Assembly: GCA_034530875.2 (NCBI GenBank)
Contig: JAVRCJ020000017.1
Location: 1-64,000 of the forward strand
Source: Nostoc sp. DedSLP01
Lineage (GTDB): Bacteria > Cyanobacteriota > Cyanobacteriia > Cyanobacteriales > Nostocaceae
Direction: 5' to 3'
Length of the DNA stretch: 64,000 nt
Position 1 is the first letter of the stretch; the number at the start of each line of letters is the position of its first letter. Position numbers and translations under genes: made by a program. This document shows positions 62,434-64,000 of this stretch, one piece after another. The notes beneath the pieces were generated by a model that was not told the origin of the DNA, did not search any database, and was given only the letters and a program-made list of their open reading frames with translations.

Positions 62434-63378
62434 TTATGCAGCGTGTTGGCGATACCACTCAATGGTATTCTTTAGCCCTTCCTCAAAGCTAACTTCAGCA
62501 GTGAAGTTAAAAGCAAGCTTTGCACGTTCGGTATCTAAGCAACGCCTGGGTTGACCGTTAGGCTTATCAGTTTGCCAAACAATCTCACCCTTAAACTCCA
62601 TCAATTTGCAAATCAGAGTCACTAAATCATGGATAGAGATTTCATAACCCGTTCCCAAATTCACTGGTTCTGATTCGTTGTAGAATTGGGTGCCCATAAC
62701 AATCCCTCGCGCTGCATCAACAGAATACAAAAACTCGCGAGTCGGACTACCATCGCCCCAAACCGGCAGTTCCTTTTGTTGTTGAACTTGGGCTTCGTGA
62801 ACCTTGCGAATTAACGCTGGAATCACATGAGAACTTCTAGGGTCAAAATTATCTTCCGGCCCGTATAAATTCACAGGAAGTAGGTAAATACCATTAAAAC
62901 CGTACTGCTGGCGGTAAGACTGCAATTGTACTAAAAGCGCTTTTTTGGCAATTCCATAAGGGGCGTTAGTTTCCTCTGGGTAGCCATTCCATAAATCATC
63001 TTCTTTAAATGGTACCGGAGTAAATTTCGGATAGGCGCAGATAGTACCAACACAAGCGAATTTTTCTACTCCCCCTTGATAGGCAGCATGAATTAGCTGG
63101 GTTCCCATAATCAAGTTGTCGTAGAATAACTCTGCGGGTTTCTCTCGATTTAGACCGATGCCGCCAACATGAGCTGCTAAATGGATAACGATATCTTGCT
63201 GGTCAACTGCGCGCTGGCAATTTTCCCAAACTCGCAAATCGCAATTGTGCGATCGCACTACTGTAATCTTCTCCCTATCAGCTCCTGCCTTACACAGTTG
63301 GTCTATTACCTGACGACCGAGAAACCCTGACCCGCCAGTGACGAGAATGCGTTTATTTTTTAGTTCTAAGGCGGTCAT
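62434..63378 (-). CDS. fcl: GDP-L-fucose synthase
   Basis: [28 protein letters not shown] and [10 protein letters not shown] motifs. Confidence 0.96.
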   Translation of the reverse strand: MTALELKNKRILVTGGSGFLGRQVIDQLCKAGADREKITVVRSHNCDLRVWENCQRAVDQQDIVIHLAAHVGGIGLNREKPAELFYDNLIMGTQLIHAAYQGGVEKFACVGTICAYPKFTPVPFKEDDLWNGYPEETNAPYGIAKKALLVQLQSYRQQYGFNGIYLLPVNLYGPEDNFDPRSSHVIPALIRKVHEAQVQQQKELPVWGDGSPTREFLYSVDAARGIVMGTQFYNESEPVNLGTGYEISIHDLVTLICKLMEFKGEIVWQTDKPNGQPRRCLDTERAKLAFNFTAEVSFEEGLKNTIEWYRQHAA

Positions 63379-63401
63379 ATTTTTTTCCTCTGTGGCGGGA
63401 A

Positions 63402-64000
63402 TTAGAAGTGCAAAGCACCCAATTCTTGACGAAGAGTAGCAATGTCACGTGGAAATTGCGAACCATTACCATTGGGTGAAGTGTAACCTAAGGCTTGCAG
63501 GTCTGCTTCCACCATTAAACCAACTAGTTGTTCAAATGTTACTGATGGTGTCCAGCCTAAATTCTGCCGCGCTTTGCTAGAGTCGCCAATCAATAACTCT
63601 ACTTCGGCAGGACGCAGATAACGTTCGTCAAATTCGACATAATCTTGCCAATTAAGATTGACATAACCAAATGCCAACTCTAAAAATTCCCGCACTGAGT
63701 GGGTTTCACCAGTTGCAATTACGTAATCATCTGGCTGGTCTTGCTGCAACATTAGCCACATTGCTTTTACGTAATCTTTGGCATAGCCCCAATCTCTTTT
63801 GGAATCGAGATTTCCCATGTAAAGCTTTTTCTGCTTTTTGGCGACGATGTTGGCAACTGCCATCGTAATTTTACGCGTTACAAAGGTTTCACCGCGACGT
63901 GGCGATTCGTGGTTAAAAAGTATACCGTTACAAGCAAATAAATTGTAAGATTCGCGATAATTTACTGTTTGCCAGTGGGCATAGACTTTGGCGCAAGCGT
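63402..64000 (-). CDS. gmd: GDP-mannose 4,6-dehydratase (5' end outside window)
   Basis: [32 protein letters not shown] and RPAEV motifs. Confidence 0.96.
   Translation of the reverse strand, partial: ACAKVYAHWQTVNYRESYNLFACNGILFNHESPRRGETFVTRKITMAVANIVAKKQKKLYMGNLDSKRDWGYAKDYVKAMWLMLQQDQPDDYVIATGETHSVREFLELAFGYVNLNWQDYVEFDERYLRPAEVELLIGDSSKARQNLGWTPSVTFEQLVGLMVEADLQALGYTSPNGNGSQFPRDIATLRQELGALHF

Overview
Chromosomal segment of a filamentous heterocyst-forming cyanobacterium (Nostocales-like), judged from dense HIP1 GCGATCGC sites, heptamer STRR-type tandem repeats and SDR elements. Housekeeping content: urea ABC transporter urtABCDE, ilvD, tRNA-Met(CAT), glycogen debranching enzyme, peroxiredoxins, mannose-1-P guanylyltransferase/PMM, flavodoxin plus an isiC-like gene, sugar and peptide ABC parts, an SSB-like gene, cobT, a CRP-family regulator, fcl and gmd. 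Accessory content: (1) inside the urtD-urtE gap, an ORF missed by the ORF track encodes a Streptomyces-type chaplin domain placed directly behind a double-glycine leader, followed by a truncated MauE/DoxX-like gene; (2) a ~6.5 kb candidate defence or cell-death island (NERD nuclease, caspase-family protease, SF1 helicase-PLD, EAD10-like/FGE protein), in which the caspase C-terminus and the FGE protein N-terminus share an NIxNI-x4-DIHIG motif; (3) a secreted peritrophin-A/CBM14-type chitin-binding protein beside an ISL3 remnant; (4) a DUF4160/DUF2442 pair with an HTH gene and a HEPN gene remnant; (5) nested IS elements at the left edge. Family assignments come from motif recognition, not database searches.
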